Virus record (IMG/VR): IMGVR_UViG_3300028666_000003
DNA from: an uncultured virus (IMG/VR IMGVR_UViG_3300028666_000003)
Taxonomy: Duplodnaviria; Heunggongvirae; Uroviricota; Caudoviricetes
Strand: one strand, 5' to 3'
DNA length: 64,000 bases
In this document: positions 19,274-28,880 of the stretch, piece by piece
Position numbering within the stretch: the first letter of the stretch is position 1
How the letters are laid out: each line of letters opens with the position of its first letter
Position numbers and translations under genes: made by a program
Notes under the pieces: model-generated
What the model saw: the letters and a program-made list of their open reading frames with translations, nothing else
The model's database searches: none
What the model was told of the DNA's origin: nothing

Positions 19274-19740
19274 TATGGCTCCAGTGTATACATCGGATGG
19301 GTGCTAAGTCTGTTTGCAAGGGTCTGGGGAGTTTCACAGTAGATGGTTGGCATGCCAAGAACATAGGCCACGTATTCAGAACAATCCAGGGTTTTGCCTT
19401 TGGGCCGCATCCCCAGTCCTGCTCTGATTGCATTTAGCCAGCCATAGGCAACGCCTAGTTGGGAAAGAGCCCGAGCCTCACAGTTGCTGTCCCAAGCCCA
19501 GGATGGAATCCAAGTAGGCATATCGTCTAGGGCTGCAGATAACTGACGGTCAATAGTTACCCCACAGTGCTTGGGACGACTTTCTAGAACCAGCACCCGC
19601 TCACCCACACACCAAGCTATTCCAGCATGAGAATACTGAGACTTGCGTTTCAGTCTCACAATCCAAGCCATGAGACCAGTGCCCCGGAACAGCAGCACGT
19701 CTCCACTCTTGATGTATGGGCGAGCCTGTGCATACTGCAT
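19273..19740 (-). CDS. Permuted papain-like NlpC/P60 (YiiX/YaeF, C92) hydrolase
   Basis: IKSGDVLLFRG..YSHAGI..LGVAY..DCSEYVA. Confidence 0.8.
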   Translation of the reverse strand: MQYAQARPYIKSGDVLLFRGTGLMAWIVRLKRKSQYSHAGIAWCVGERVLVLESRPKHCGVTIDRQLSAALDDMPTWIPSWAWDSNCEARALSQLGVAYGWLNAIRAGLGMRPKGKTLDCSEYVAYVLGMPTIYCETPQTLANRLSTHPMYTLEP

Positions 19741-20111
19741 CACATCCCCAATTCTGCCATCAGTTCTGGCACGGTGTTGGGCATCTGGCCGCAGGATGAG
19801 AAGTCCAGCAGAGTGGCATCCCACTGGTAGGTGACCTGTGACTTGCGGGTGTAGTAGAGGGACCAGATAGACTGGATCCAGGCTTCCACAGCAAGGCTCT
19901 TGGGAAGCCCCTTCAGCACACCGATGGCCAGCATGCCAATGGCACTGCCACTGATCTGTGACACCTCATAGTCCGTGGCGGCTTGCCAGAGCGCCTGGAC
20001 GTTCTGTGCCGCGAGGGTGGCTAGGCCAGCGTTGAATTCGTCCTGCGTGAGATCAGGATTCTGCACGGGGCCTTCCCCGTGGTCTACCCAGAGAACAAGG
20101 ACTTCTACCAT
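19740..20111 (-). CDS. Tail fibre-associated protein
   Basis: Translationally coupled, downstream of a fibre gene. Confidence 0.55.
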   Translation of the reverse strand: MVEVLVLWVDHGEGPVQNPDLTQDEFNAGLATLAAQNVQALWQAATDYEVSQISGSAIGMLAIGVLKGLPKSLAVEAWIQSIWSLYYTRKSQVTYQWDATLLDFSSCGQMPNTVPELMAELGM

Positions 20112-21169
20112 GATGGTACCTCCTGGGCTATAAGTGCGTTGTAAACAGGATTAGCTGAATCATTGTAGAACACGGTTGGCGAGTAGCTGCCCCCATTGAA
20201 ATACCCATAAGGCTGTAGATAATCCCCAACCGCCATCTGACCCGTAAAGGTTGCTTGTTGTGGAACATCCGTTCCGCCAGGAAGTAACTGCTTGGCAGAA
20301 AAGAACGAGGCACCGTTTTTATAACAAGCGGCCAAGAAATTATTTGCCGTGCCATTGGTGGTGGCCCCAAGGAAATCAAGCGTCAGTTGATATCGCCCAG
20401 GGCGAAGGATTACGATCTTGTATGAAGCAGTAACCTGCATGGCTGGAGGGGCGTTATTGTAAAGGTTGGTTGACCAAGTTAGCAGGGTAAACGTAACCCC
20501 AGAAAAGTTCTGGTCTGTAGAGAAACCAATGGCAGATGACATTGGGATCGACTTGCCTCCCACCTTAGCCCAGTTGGTCTCATCAGTATTAACCTTCAAC
20601 AGCGCAACCTCATTAGCCCACATGATGCGGGTGCGCTGACCATCAATCAGATGTCCAGAACCTGCGTCTACTGTGACAAGTTTTGTCAATCCAGGGTCCA
20701 TCCTAAAGCCCATAATCTTATTCTTGAGTCCGGTGAGGGACGTGGGCAGTGAGACCGTGTAGTCAGCTGTGGTGCCGGAGCAAAGATACATCGTATCAAA
20801 CGCTGTGGGGGAGTTAGTTCCAGTAATGGCAGACTCAGCATTGACGAGGGTGGTGAGCATGTCATTTTGCACTTCGATCATGGACTGTCGGGTAGGACCA
20901 ATGAATAGCACTGAACCAGAAGCCCAGTTGGCATCGGAAGTCCCGTCCTGACCTGCTACGATGGTTAAGGTCGTTCCTGCCACTGCCGTGACTTTAACAA
21001 TTTCAAAGGTAGTGGGAGGATTGGCAGTATCACAGATGGTGGCATAGAACCAGTTACCCCCTGAGATAGCTGGAATGCCAGTTGCACTCGCCACGGTGAG
21101 AGAGGTCTTGCCAGTGGATACTGCGCTGATCGTAGTCTGAACGTTATTGGCAAATAGTTGCAGTGGCAT
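20105..21169 (-). CDS. Tail fibre/receptor-binding protein with C1q-like C-terminus
   Basis: FANN..T, EIVKVTA..LTI..GQDGT N-terminus; PGRYQL..VGDYLQ. Confidence 0.7.
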   Translation of the reverse strand: MPLQLFANNVQTTISAVSTGKTSLTVASATGIPAISGGNWFYATICDTANPPTTFEIVKVTAVAGTTLTIVAGQDGTSDANWASGSVLFIGPTRQSMIEVQNDMLTTLVNAESAITGTNSPTAFDTMYLCSGTTADYTVSLPTSLTGLKNKIMGFRMDPGLTKLVTVDAGSGHLIDGQRTRIMWANEVALLKVNTDETNWAKVGGKSIPMSSAIGFSTDQNFSGVTFTLLTWSTNLYNNAPPAMQVTASYKIVILRPGRYQLTLDFLGATTNGTANNFLAACYKNGASFFSAKQLLPGGTDVPQQATFTGQMAVGDYLQPYGYFNGGSYSPTVFYNDSANPVYNALIAQEVPSW

Positions 21170-21246
21170 ACAGTCCTCTCAATTAAAATGGGATGCCGTC
21201 GTTGCAGACGGCATCCCAAATTCTCACCGTCAGAAACCTGACTGAG

Positions 21247-21687
21247 TTAGTTGTCGATCTGAACCGCAAGGGCAGTGGCAGGGAAAGTGGGAGCCGCGTC
21301 CCCATTGTTCACGGTCTTGGGAGTGCCCAAGGCTCCATAGAACAGGACATTGCCACCCACCGAATTGTCCATGATGGCGATGCCTTGAATCACGCCCCAG
21401 TTGGCGGTGGGGGACGGGAAGGTGATGGAGCCATTGTTGGAGGTAGTGCCACTGGTGCCAGAGGAAGCCGTGGTGGAAGCAGTCGCCTGGGAACCAGCCC
21501 AGTTGGCGAGGGAACTGGTCACAGCGACACGCGCATAGGAACCGCCGGTCACTTCCGTGCCACCCCCTGCATCCGTGGGGTCAGCGGTGAACAGGGCCAC
21601 ATACAGGGAACCAGGAGGCACAAATGCCTGCCCTCGGAACAGGAAGTCCAAGAGTTTGTTTTCCAGGTAATCACTCATCCCACTCAT
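21247..21687 (-). CDS. Conserved tail structural protein
   Basis: MSDYLENKLLD..LYVALFTADP..EVTGGSYAR..ITFP..WG; high-expression codon bias. Confidence 0.8.
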   Translation of the reverse strand: MSGMSDYLENKLLDFLFRGQAFVPPGSLYVALFTADPTDAGGGTEVTGGSYARVAVTSSLANWAGSQATASTTASSGTSGTTSNNGSITFPSPTANWGVIQGIAIMDNSVGGNVLFYGALGTPKTVNNGDAAPTFPATALAVQIDN

Positions 21688-21735
21688 TTTGTCTCCTATG
21701 TATCAATTCAGTTGAAGGTAGGTGCACTTGCTAGA

Positions 21736-23340
21736 TCAGGTTTTGATGATGAAGTTCATCGCAATGAACGGAGGCAGGTTGTTGTGAGCTGCGCCTCCAC
21801 CTGTGGTTGGGGATGGGCGAGTGGTGTTCAGGGTAGAGTCAGCCAAGGGGCTTCCGCCATTCCAGGCTCTGTTGCCAGTGATCGGGAAAGGCCCACCAGC
21901 AAGGGACGCGGTAACTGCCTCTTGCAGGCCATTGCCAAATGGCCAGGCGCCATCAATCCCATGGGAGTGCACAGGAGTCTCGTTGGCAGTCAGGGTATGG
22001 GTTGCCTCGCCACCGGTACTTCCCAGCAGATGGGAGTCACTCCTACCCATGACCATGTTGCTTCTGGCGTCAGGCAGGTTGAACGTGGTAACGCCGTCTC
22101 CAGCTCCCCACACAGTGCCAAGAGTATCAAACAGGGCAGCATATGTGGTGCGCGAGATGGAGCTGCCATCACACACAAGCCACCCAGTAGGTGTGGCGCT
22201 CCCAGCGAAGGGGATCACAGCACCAGTAGGGACAATAAGAAGGCCAGCAATGAAGCTGGTCAAGCCTGTGATATCAGCAGGAATGTGGTTGTGTGCAGAA
22301 GGCGGGAAGGCTGTGGGCTTATTCTGGATGGCGCTCCAATCAGGAAGGAGGTCAGCCAACTGGATGTAGCTGGCTGACAAGTGCTTGTCTCCAGTTCCAG
22401 TGTAGCAGTAGCGATTGCCATCCGTGGTGATGACAATAGTGCCGTTACCGATCTCAGCTTCCTGTCCAGTGGTCAGATCAACCAGAAGCCCTGAAGACAC
22501 GATCTGGACCGAGGAAGGCAGGATGGGAAGCCGGGCAGGATCGATGGTGCCAGTAGCAATCGCACTGGCATCATGAATATGAACCAGAGCAGCCTTCAGA
22601 GCCTCAACCCCTTCTGCACGAGTGGCCTCTGCTCCCACAGCAGACGTGAATGCTGTCGTCAAAGTAGCGGACATCCCTGAGAGAGCACTGTAGAGCGCAG
22701 GAATATTGATGTTGGTAATCGTATTCAGCGTGTTGACCAGGTAAGGCAGGGTGGCGTTGCGATGACCGTCAGCGTCATAGGAAATCACCCTGGTGAGATC
22801 AATACTGTCCGTGTTGACGATGGTTTGTCCATACGTCAGCAGCACATCACAGATCAGCACTCCAGAAGGTTCCGTGCCGGTGGGGTCAGGCCGAACAGGC
22901 GTGATGCCTTCCACACCCTGATGAATAGCAAAAGTGACTCCACCCCATGTGTTGTAGTTGACGGTAGGTCCTGCAGGGGTGACAATTGGGGTGTCATTGA
23001 CAACGCTAGGCAAGGCAAAGATACTCAACCATTTCTGGTTGCCTACCCCTACGACAACTGTGGAGGCGCTCTGAGAGTCATGAGAAAGATCAACTCCCTG
23101 GTCTGAAGGAAGAACCCCATGTTGCCCTTGTCCCCCAAGCAGTCCAAAGTAACACCGGCCAGCACCCACGGTGATACCCATACCAGGAGTGTCCAAGGGC
23201 CTGGGTAGCATACCACTGTAGGCATACTGAATTCCCAGGTCTTTGATCAAGGATGCAAACATCACATCCACATTGGCCTGAAGGTCATTCAGGTCCTCCA
23301 TAGTCACAAGTTGATCCAGGAAGAAGTTGAGCAATTTCAT
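21736..23340 (-). CDS. Tail fibre protein with tail-collar domain
   Basis: PTGAVIPFAG..PTGWLVCDG..YAALF..G..WGAGDG.TTFNLPD; HNNLPP..FIIK. Confidence 0.88.
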   Translation of the reverse strand: MKLLNFFLDQLVTMEDLNDLQANVDVMFASLIKDLGIQYAYSGMLPRPLDTPGMGITVGAGRCYFGLLGGQGQHGVLPSDQGVDLSHDSQSASTVVVGVGNQKWLSIFALPSVVNDTPIVTPAGPTVNYNTWGGVTFAIHQGVEGITPVRPDPTGTEPSGVLICDVLLTYGQTIVNTDSIDLTRVISYDADGHRNATLPYLVNTLNTITNINIPALYSALSGMSATLTTAFTSAVGAEATRAEGVEALKAALVHIHDASAIATGTIDPARLPILPSSVQIVSSGLLVDLTTGQEAEIGNGTIVITTDGNRYCYTGTGDKHLSASYIQLADLLPDWSAIQNKPTAFPPSAHNHIPADITGLTSFIAGLLIVPTGAVIPFAGSATPTGWLVCDGSSISRTTYAALFDTLGTVWGAGDGVTTFNLPDARSNMVMGRSDSHLLGSTGGEATHTLTANETPVHSHGIDGAWPFGNGLQEAVTASLAGGPFPITGNRAWNGGSPLADSTLNTTRPSPTTGGGAAHNNLPPFIAMNFIIKT

Positions 23341-23349
23341 GACTGGCTC

Positions 23350-24804
23350 CTATGCCAAGGGGATATAGTTGAAATCAATGGAAGCGACATGAGGGAACTC
23401 ATTGGCATTCAGATTGATGTCTTCGTTGTAGGACATCACGATGTTGCGGACTCCAGGAACGCTCTGCAGGATGGCAATGAGGGGTGAGGTATACAACGTC
23501 ATCCCAAAGGTAGGCACGAATCCCCAGATGTTGGTCTGCGTGGGGTCAAACAGGGAATTCAGAAGAGACACGATTGCAGCCTTCACGGTTGCAGCAGTGA
23601 AACCTGGTTTGATGAATAACTGGAAGCTGAAGTTCAGTTCATGGTAGGCTACATCCCCGATCTGGGGAACGGTGCCCATAACTACTGGCCGAGTAGTTGT
23701 CAGGTAGTTGATCACTGCCTCCTTTAACGTATCCGAAGGCGTGATGGTTCCAGTGGTGGAAGTCTCTGGGAGGATATAAATCTTGAGAAGGTAGTGGGGC
23801 AGAGAGGGGTCTACTTCCCAATTGACCACACTGCTGGAGAGCACCCCAGGGATAGCAGAGACAGCCTCCTGGATATCAGGCAGGTCCAGAAGCACACGGG
23901 GAGCCCGCAGATACGCAATGGCGTGCTGTCGGATCTGGTCCATGCTCTCAGGGTTGCCACCAGGATCAGCTGAAGTAGGATTGTCAGCCGAGATGAAGAG
24001 GACTGCATTGTTGCCAGCATCTCGCACTTCCGTGAGGCACTGTAGGAGAGAGTGCGGTGCGATGGCTCCCAGGGAACCTCCACCCGTCTTGAAGTTGATT
24101 TGCCCAGCTCCACTCAACCTGGGGATGCTCCCAGTCACGCCATCTCCAAAGACGATGGAAACTGAATAGTCCACTAAGGACACGATGGTTGAGTAGACCA
24201 AGGAGGATGACGTGGAGTCTACAAACGATTCCACATAGTCCCAGGGGGTTCCATCGATCAGGACAGAGATAGTGGGCGGCATCACCCCAACCTGGTTCAA
24301 GGTTATAGTCTGACCAGGTGCTCCCGTTCCAGTGAATTCCTGAGTCTGAGACTTCTGCTGAAGAAGATTCACAGGTCCAGCGGCAGTGGTGTTCTGCAGG
24401 AAGGTAGCATCAGCCACGAGTTCATACGTGATCCCAGGAAGCGAGGTGGCAAACGTGGACCCTGCCGGGACTACAGTGTCATTCGTAACAGCCACTGGAA
24501 TAGAGAGATTGGCGCTCACAGCTGAGGGGGTGGCACACTGTGGAGTATACCCACATCCCTTGGCATGGGCCGTGATGCTACGAGGATCCAAGGCCCACTG
24601 AATGAAGCATTCTCTCGCCATCTTATTGATATAAGCATACATCAATTCTCCCAGAGCCCCAGTGGATTCCAAGAGCGCAAACATGCTATTGGAACTGGAC
24701 TTGTCAGACCAGTCTGGGTAGAAGTTGCTAATGATGCTAATCAGGTCCTGCTGAATATCAGCAGCGGTCACGCTGGTGAGGGGCAAGGACGATGCAACAG
24801 ACAT
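23350..24804 (-). CDS. Baseplate wedge (gpJ/gp6-like)
   Basis: YPDWSD, FGDGVTG.IP, GG..ES...IR, IPGV. Confidence 0.85.
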   Translation of the reverse strand: MSVASSLPLTSVTAADIQQDLISIISNFYPDWSDKSSSNSMFALLESTGALGELMYAYINKMARECFIQWALDPRSITAHAKGCGYTPQCATPSAVSANLSIPVAVTNDTVVPAGSTFATSLPGITYELVADATFLQNTTAAGPVNLLQQKSQTQEFTGTGAPGQTITLNQVGVMPPTISVLIDGTPWDYVESFVDSTSSSLVYSTIVSLVDYSVSIVFGDGVTGSIPRLSGAGQINFKTGGGSLGAIAPHSLLQCLTEVRDAGNNAVLFISADNPTSADPGGNPESMDQIRQHAIAYLRAPRVLLDLPDIQEAVSAIPGVLSSSVVNWEVDPSLPHYLLKIYILPETSTTGTITPSDTLKEAVINYLTTTRPVVMGTVPQIGDVAYHELNFSFQLFIKPGFTAATVKAAIVSLLNSLFDPTQTNIWGFVPTFGMTLYTSPLIAILQSVPGVRNIVMSYNEDINLNANEFPHVASIDFNYIPLA

Positions 24805-24812
24805 GGTGGCTC

Positions 24813-25220
24813 CTAATAGATGACGGTCGTGTGTTGTGAACCAGAAGTTTGCCCAGGACTCTTCAGCGTGTATACAACGTCAATTGCATACTTGTTCTTG
24901 GGGGAGTAGGTTTCGGTGATAGTCACACCATCGGGGGTTAGAACGATTCTGGGTTCCCAACGTATGAGAGCCTCATACACGAGGCTCTGCATAGTTTCCT
25001 TGGTAGTGGCTGCTGAGGGTTCAAACAGAAGCAACCGGGCTCGGCATCCCCACTCAGGATTGAAGAACCGTTCTCCAGGCACTGTCATGAGGATCTGTTG
25101 GATAGACTCCTTGACAATCTGGGCAGTGTTGTTTTTGATAAAGCGTAGCACACCCTGGGGTAATCCCCGCTGTGTTATGGGAAAGCCAAACCCAGAAAGC
25201 TGTTGGTTGGAGGTTGCCAC
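24813..25220 (-). CDS. Baseplate gp25/gpW-like
   Basis: SIQQILMT.PGER..NPEWG..LFEP..WEPRI. Confidence 0.9.
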   Translation of the reverse strand: MATSNQQLSGFGFPITQRGLPQGVLRFIKNNTAQIVKESIQQILMTVPGERFFNPEWGCRARLLLFEPSAATTKETMQSLVYEALIRWEPRIVLTPDGVTITETYSPKNKYAIDVVYTLKSPGQTSGSQHTTVIY

Positions 25221-25228
25221 GGTAGCTC

Positions 25229-25696
25229 CTACACAATCTTTTTGATGGAGTCAGAAAGGTCTTGGACTTCACGAACTAACTTCATGATGTCAGGAATGGC
25301 GTTTCTCACTAAATCCCGTATCATCAGCGCGTCCTTCTCAGCTTGTTTAATGAGAGCAATCTGATCATGGATTTGTTGCAGTATCAGGGTGGTTTTGCCC
25401 CCGTGTGCATACCGCAAGGCAGCTTGTAGTTGATTGATTGTTGCCCATGCAGTCTGCTGAGTGGTGATATTTGCCAACTGTTTGACCATCTGCAGGTTGT
25501 TGGCACCAATTGCATTTGTAGCTGCGACAATTCCTGCCCCTTTAAGGGCACCGATAGGCCCCAAAGCTAACGCGGATGTTCCCCTGGCTACCATACGGGC
25601 TTTGGAAACTACCATTGCAGCCATGGATACTACGAGTTGGGCCTTTTGTAAGGCCAATCGTTCAGTGGCTAGGACGCTGGATACACTGGTATTCAT
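25229..25696 (-). CDS. Hypothetical baseplate-region protein
   Basis: Coupled ORF within the baseplate operon. Confidence 0.6.
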   Translation of the reverse strand: MNTSVSSVLATERLALQKAQLVVSMAAMVVSKARMVARGTSALALGPIGALKGAGIVAATNAIGANNLQMVKQLANITTQQTAWATINQLQAALRYAHGGKTTLILQQIHDQIALIKQAEKDALMIRDLVRNAIPDIMKLVREVQDLSDSIKKIV

Positions 25697-26562
25697 ACTG
25701 GCCCCTCAAGAGCAGTGTTGTTGGGAATATCCAAGGGGTGAACATGATGTGCAGAGTTCTGGGTGGAGAGGAAAGTGCCATCAACAGTCCCGTTCCCCAG
25801 TAGATTAAACTCACCCGTGAAATTGAGAGTGGGGGCTGACACGTTAATGGCAGTCAGACTGACAATGTCCACAAGAGTATCGCTTTGCAACGTAAGCGTG
25901 TTGGCAGAGTAGATGGAGACGAAAGCTGAGCAGGTGATGTCGATGTTGTCAGCAGCATCGATCTTGATCAAACCCAGGGATGTAACGCGTATTTCATCAA
26001 AGGCTTCCACATAGCATGTGCCTTGTGCGCTGACTTCCACGGCTCCCATGGACTGAACCGTGACGTTCTTGCCCTCACACTTGATGTCCCCATCACTCGT
26101 CAGGTAGATTTGAGTGGGGTCAATCAACACACTGTTGCCGGGAGACTGTTCCAGTAGGATGCTGCCCGCCGTTCGGTCTATGACAATCTTTAAGCCTTCC
26201 GCTGTGGCTAATACAACCTTTCCAGGGACCATGTCATCAGTCATATCCTGGTCTCCCCACCAACCACCGTGCCAGATGGGTTTGTCTGGGCGGCCATGAT
26301 CAAACCGCACATAGACGTATTCCCCAATATCAGGAATAGCCCAGAAACCGAATCCATTACCAGCGTATGGGGTCTCAGGCCAACTCCAGACTTCAGGCCA
26401 GCTAGAACCGTGTACCTGCTCACAGTGTAGCATCAACCTTCCCTGGTTCTTGGGATCTGCATTGTCGATGATGCTGGCTCGATACACACCATAATATAGG
26501 CCAATAGCCTCCAGGCCAGACTCCATAATGCGCTGAATAAACTCACCAAAAGAATTTATCAT
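25693..26562 (-). CDS. Baseplate central spike (gpV/gp5 OB fold + beta-helix)
   Basis: YYGVYRA..DP..GR; P.IGE.V.V.F..G.P.KP.W.G; terminal HHVH. Confidence 0.88.
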   Translation of the reverse strand: MINSFGEFIQRIMESGLEAIGLYYGVYRASIIDNADPKNQGRLMLHCEQVHGSSWPEVWSWPETPYAGNGFGFWAIPDIGEYVYVRFDHGRPDKPIWHGGWWGDQDMTDDMVPGKVVLATAEGLKIVIDRTAGSILLEQSPGNSVLIDPTQIYLTSDGDIKCEGKNVTVQSMGAVEVSAQGTCYVEAFDEIRVTSLGLIKIDAADNIDITCSAFVSIYSANTLTLQSDTLVDIVSLTAINVSAPTLNFTGEFNLLGNGTVDGTFLSTQNSAHHVHPLDIPNNTALEGPV

Positions 26563-26570
26563 GATTACCT

Positions 26571-27833
26571 CTAATGCCAGAGTTGCCCGGTGGTTGCACT
26601 CACAGACGCGGAAATAGGTTTGAGAGAAGAGTCATGCGAGGATTGCATGTTGACAGGAGCCTTCACCTTGGCCCCTCCGCCAGCGTTGGTGCCATGCCGA
26701 TTTAGCTTGAACTTACATTCATAGGTTCCCTTGACCTTGATGGCGTGGTGCACCTCAGAAATGTAGTAAAGCCCTGAATCACGCTTGGACACACCCTTGA
26801 CCTCCACGACCATACGAGCCAGGGCAGATGGGATACCCACAGAGTCCACAGTGAGATCTGCATGCTTCTTTTGTTCCCGTTGATTGATGGAGGATGCCTG
26901 AAGATCCGCGTTTATGCCTGCAAAATCAGGTGAAGATAGGATTGCTTGGATGTCAGGTGGCAGGTTATCAGGTAGACCTCCCGTGGGTGACTGTGGCATG
27001 CTTTGTGTAACGACTACAGTTGCCTTGTCTATGAGAGGCTGAACTGCGTTTGCCACCCAGTCATGACCATCCCCGGCATACACATTCAACTCTTGAGCAG
27101 GGTTTCCTGAAGCGTGACAGCTCACGAGTTTAGAACCAGGATCGACAGTCTTGATGATAGTGCTGGTGGCTGCACCTAAGTTGGAATGCACGTCCACTTC
27201 CATCTTAGCACTGATGATGGTGCTATCCTCCCCCTGACCGAATACCAGTGTGAGAGCAGGGGTCGCACTGAAATCTCTTGGTGCAAAAGTGATTGTCTCT
27301 GATGAGTAGGAAACCTGGTATCCGAATCGGTCTGCTAAGACCCGCAGCATCTGACGGTCTGACCAATTTCCCTGAGAGAAACCATCTAGGGATTCGGTGC
27401 CGCCCTTCAAGCTCAGCATCAGGTTATTTCTTTTGGCCACTTCCTTGACGATGGTGGCAAGGGTAGTCTGGCCATAGTTCTTTTGAGGGCGTCTAGCAGC
27501 CAAGGTGGCACTCTTGGTAGTGGCATGGATGACGGAAATAATCCCGTGCTTGTCGTATTCCGTGGAGGACTTCATCAGCACATAGCCAGTGCGCTCTCCA
27601 CTAAAGATGCCAGTCGTGGAATAGCCCCACTTAATACTCAGGACAGCACCGACTCGAAAGAGGGTGCTGTCTGAGATTGCAAAGTCACTGTCATAGCAGT
27701 GGATGTCAACCTCGTTGTCGCCTTCGTCCTTGTCGATGATATCCACCTGAAACATATTCAGGTCTTCAGACTTGAACAGTTTGCCACCAATTGTGACAAA
27801 GACCTCAACTCCACTATAGCTGTTGACCGTCAT
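26571..27833 (-). CDS. Baseplate hub (gpD/late-control D-like)
   Basis: WGY, SD..L..LA.R.G, SGLYYISEVHH. Confidence 0.8.
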   Translation of the reverse strand: MTVNSYSGVEVFVTIGGKLFKSEDLNMFQVDIIDKDEGDNEVDIHCYDSDFAISDSTLFRVGAVLSIKWGYSTTGIFSGERTGYVLMKSSTEYDKHGIISVIHATTKSATLAARRPQKNYGQTTLATIVKEVAKRNNLMLSLKGGTESLDGFSQGNWSDRQMLRVLADRFGYQVSYSSETITFAPRDFSATPALTLVFGQGEDSTIISAKMEVDVHSNLGAATSTIIKTVDPGSKLVSCHASGNPAQELNVYAGDGHDWVANAVQPLIDKATVVVTQSMPQSPTGGLPDNLPPDIQAILSSPDFAGINADLQASSINQREQKKHADLTVDSVGIPSALARMVVEVKGVSKRDSGLYYISEVHHAIKVKGTYECKFKLNRHGTNAGGGAKVKAPVNMQSSHDSSLKPISASVSATTGQLWH

Positions 27834-28134
27834 GGAGAATCTCCGATTCTACAGTTTGCTTTGAGGGGATGCGCAGAAGAACACCGGGTTCCAGATACAT
27901 GGGGGAGCCTGACAGCACATCCGAATTGTCGTCCCAGATCACCCACCACAGTTTGACATCATTCAGGAACCTAAAAGCCAACTTGGGAAGAGTGTCCCTG
28001 GGTTGAGTTTCATAAGCAGAGTCATCAGGCCGGTCCTTACACGCGAAAGGGACACGGATGCTCCACTCAGGAACCCCGTTGATAAGGATGAGGGGACAAC
28101 GCGTGGTGAGGGCATGAATAGGGACGTTGATCAT
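27814..28134 (-). CDS. LysM-like baseplate/tail protein
   Basis: DTL..LA..FL.D..LWWVI.D.N..PG..LRIP. Confidence 0.8.
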   Translation of the reverse strand: MINVPIHALTTRCPLILINGVPEWSIRVPFACKDRPDDSAYETQPRDTLPKLAFRFLNDVKLWWVIWDDNSDVLSGSPMYLEPGVLLRIPSKQTVESEILHDGQQL

Positions 28135-28871
28135 TTCTTAGCTCCTGACCCGGAATACTTGGTGGCATCCCCAAGTGCAGCAAGTTTCAGTTTAATGGAT
28201 GCTTCATAAGGAACCAGAGAATCCAGGTTTCTGGAGATGTAGGTCACTTCTAGGTCCTCCAAAAGAAACTGAATTCCAGTGTAGAGGCCACCGATGTTGA
28301 TGAATAGGGGGTGGGGTGCCCCAATGTCATCCTGTGGACGAATAAGACCCTTGAAGGCAGCAATTTGGTTCAGAACTGCGTTATTGGCAGATACCCGGTC
28401 AGCTGTAATTCTGTTCTTGGCAGCGTCAGAGTCACTCAATGCTGGGGGAGGCTGCAGGTTCTTGACCATGGTCATCTGAGGAGAACCATCAGGATTGACC
28501 CCACCTGTAGGAACCTGGAGCCAATACGAGTAGCCACTCAAGGCCCCGGCTCTGACAGCCCCGATGTCTCCAGGCGTGGGGGTTCCTGGATTCGTATAGG
28601 CAGCCCCAACCAGGTAGATATCCAGTTCCACATCATCCTTGCCACCACCTACCCAATGGAATCCTGCAGTGCGCTGGCCCACGATGAGCTTCTCACCAAA
28701 GTGGGTGGTGCACTTATCCTTGTGGGTGAAAGGCTCAAACTGGAAGGGGAACTGTGCCAGAGTGATCACGTCAATAAGACTGCCATGCTTCCTGGGGCCG
28801 GCTGCAGTTGCCGGGTTGGAGGGCACGGAGGGGGAGGACGAAAAGCCATTGTTATCGACATCACTGGGCAT
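28131..28871 (-). CDS. Tail tube initiator-like protein
   Basis: FQFEP..WVGG..PHP; position after the tape measure gene. Confidence 0.6.
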   Translation of the reverse strand: MPSDVDNNGFSSSPSVPSNPATAAGPRKHGSLIDVITLAQFPFQFEPFTHKDKCTTHFGEKLIVGQRTAGFHWVGGGKDDVELDIYLVGAAYTNPGTPTPGDIGAVRAGALSGYSYWLQVPTGGVNPDGSPQMTMVKNLQPPPALSDSDAAKNRITADRVSANNAVLNQIAAFKGLIRPQDDIGAPHPLFINIGGLYTGIQFLLEDLEVTYISRNLDSLVPYEASIKLKLAALGDATKYSGSGAKK

Positions 28872-28880
28872 GGCTTACTC

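Noticed and set aside
17114..23340. Diversity-generating retroelement or invertible fibre cassette
   Set aside because: No reverse transcriptase, invertase or TR/VR-like near-duplicate seen in the window.
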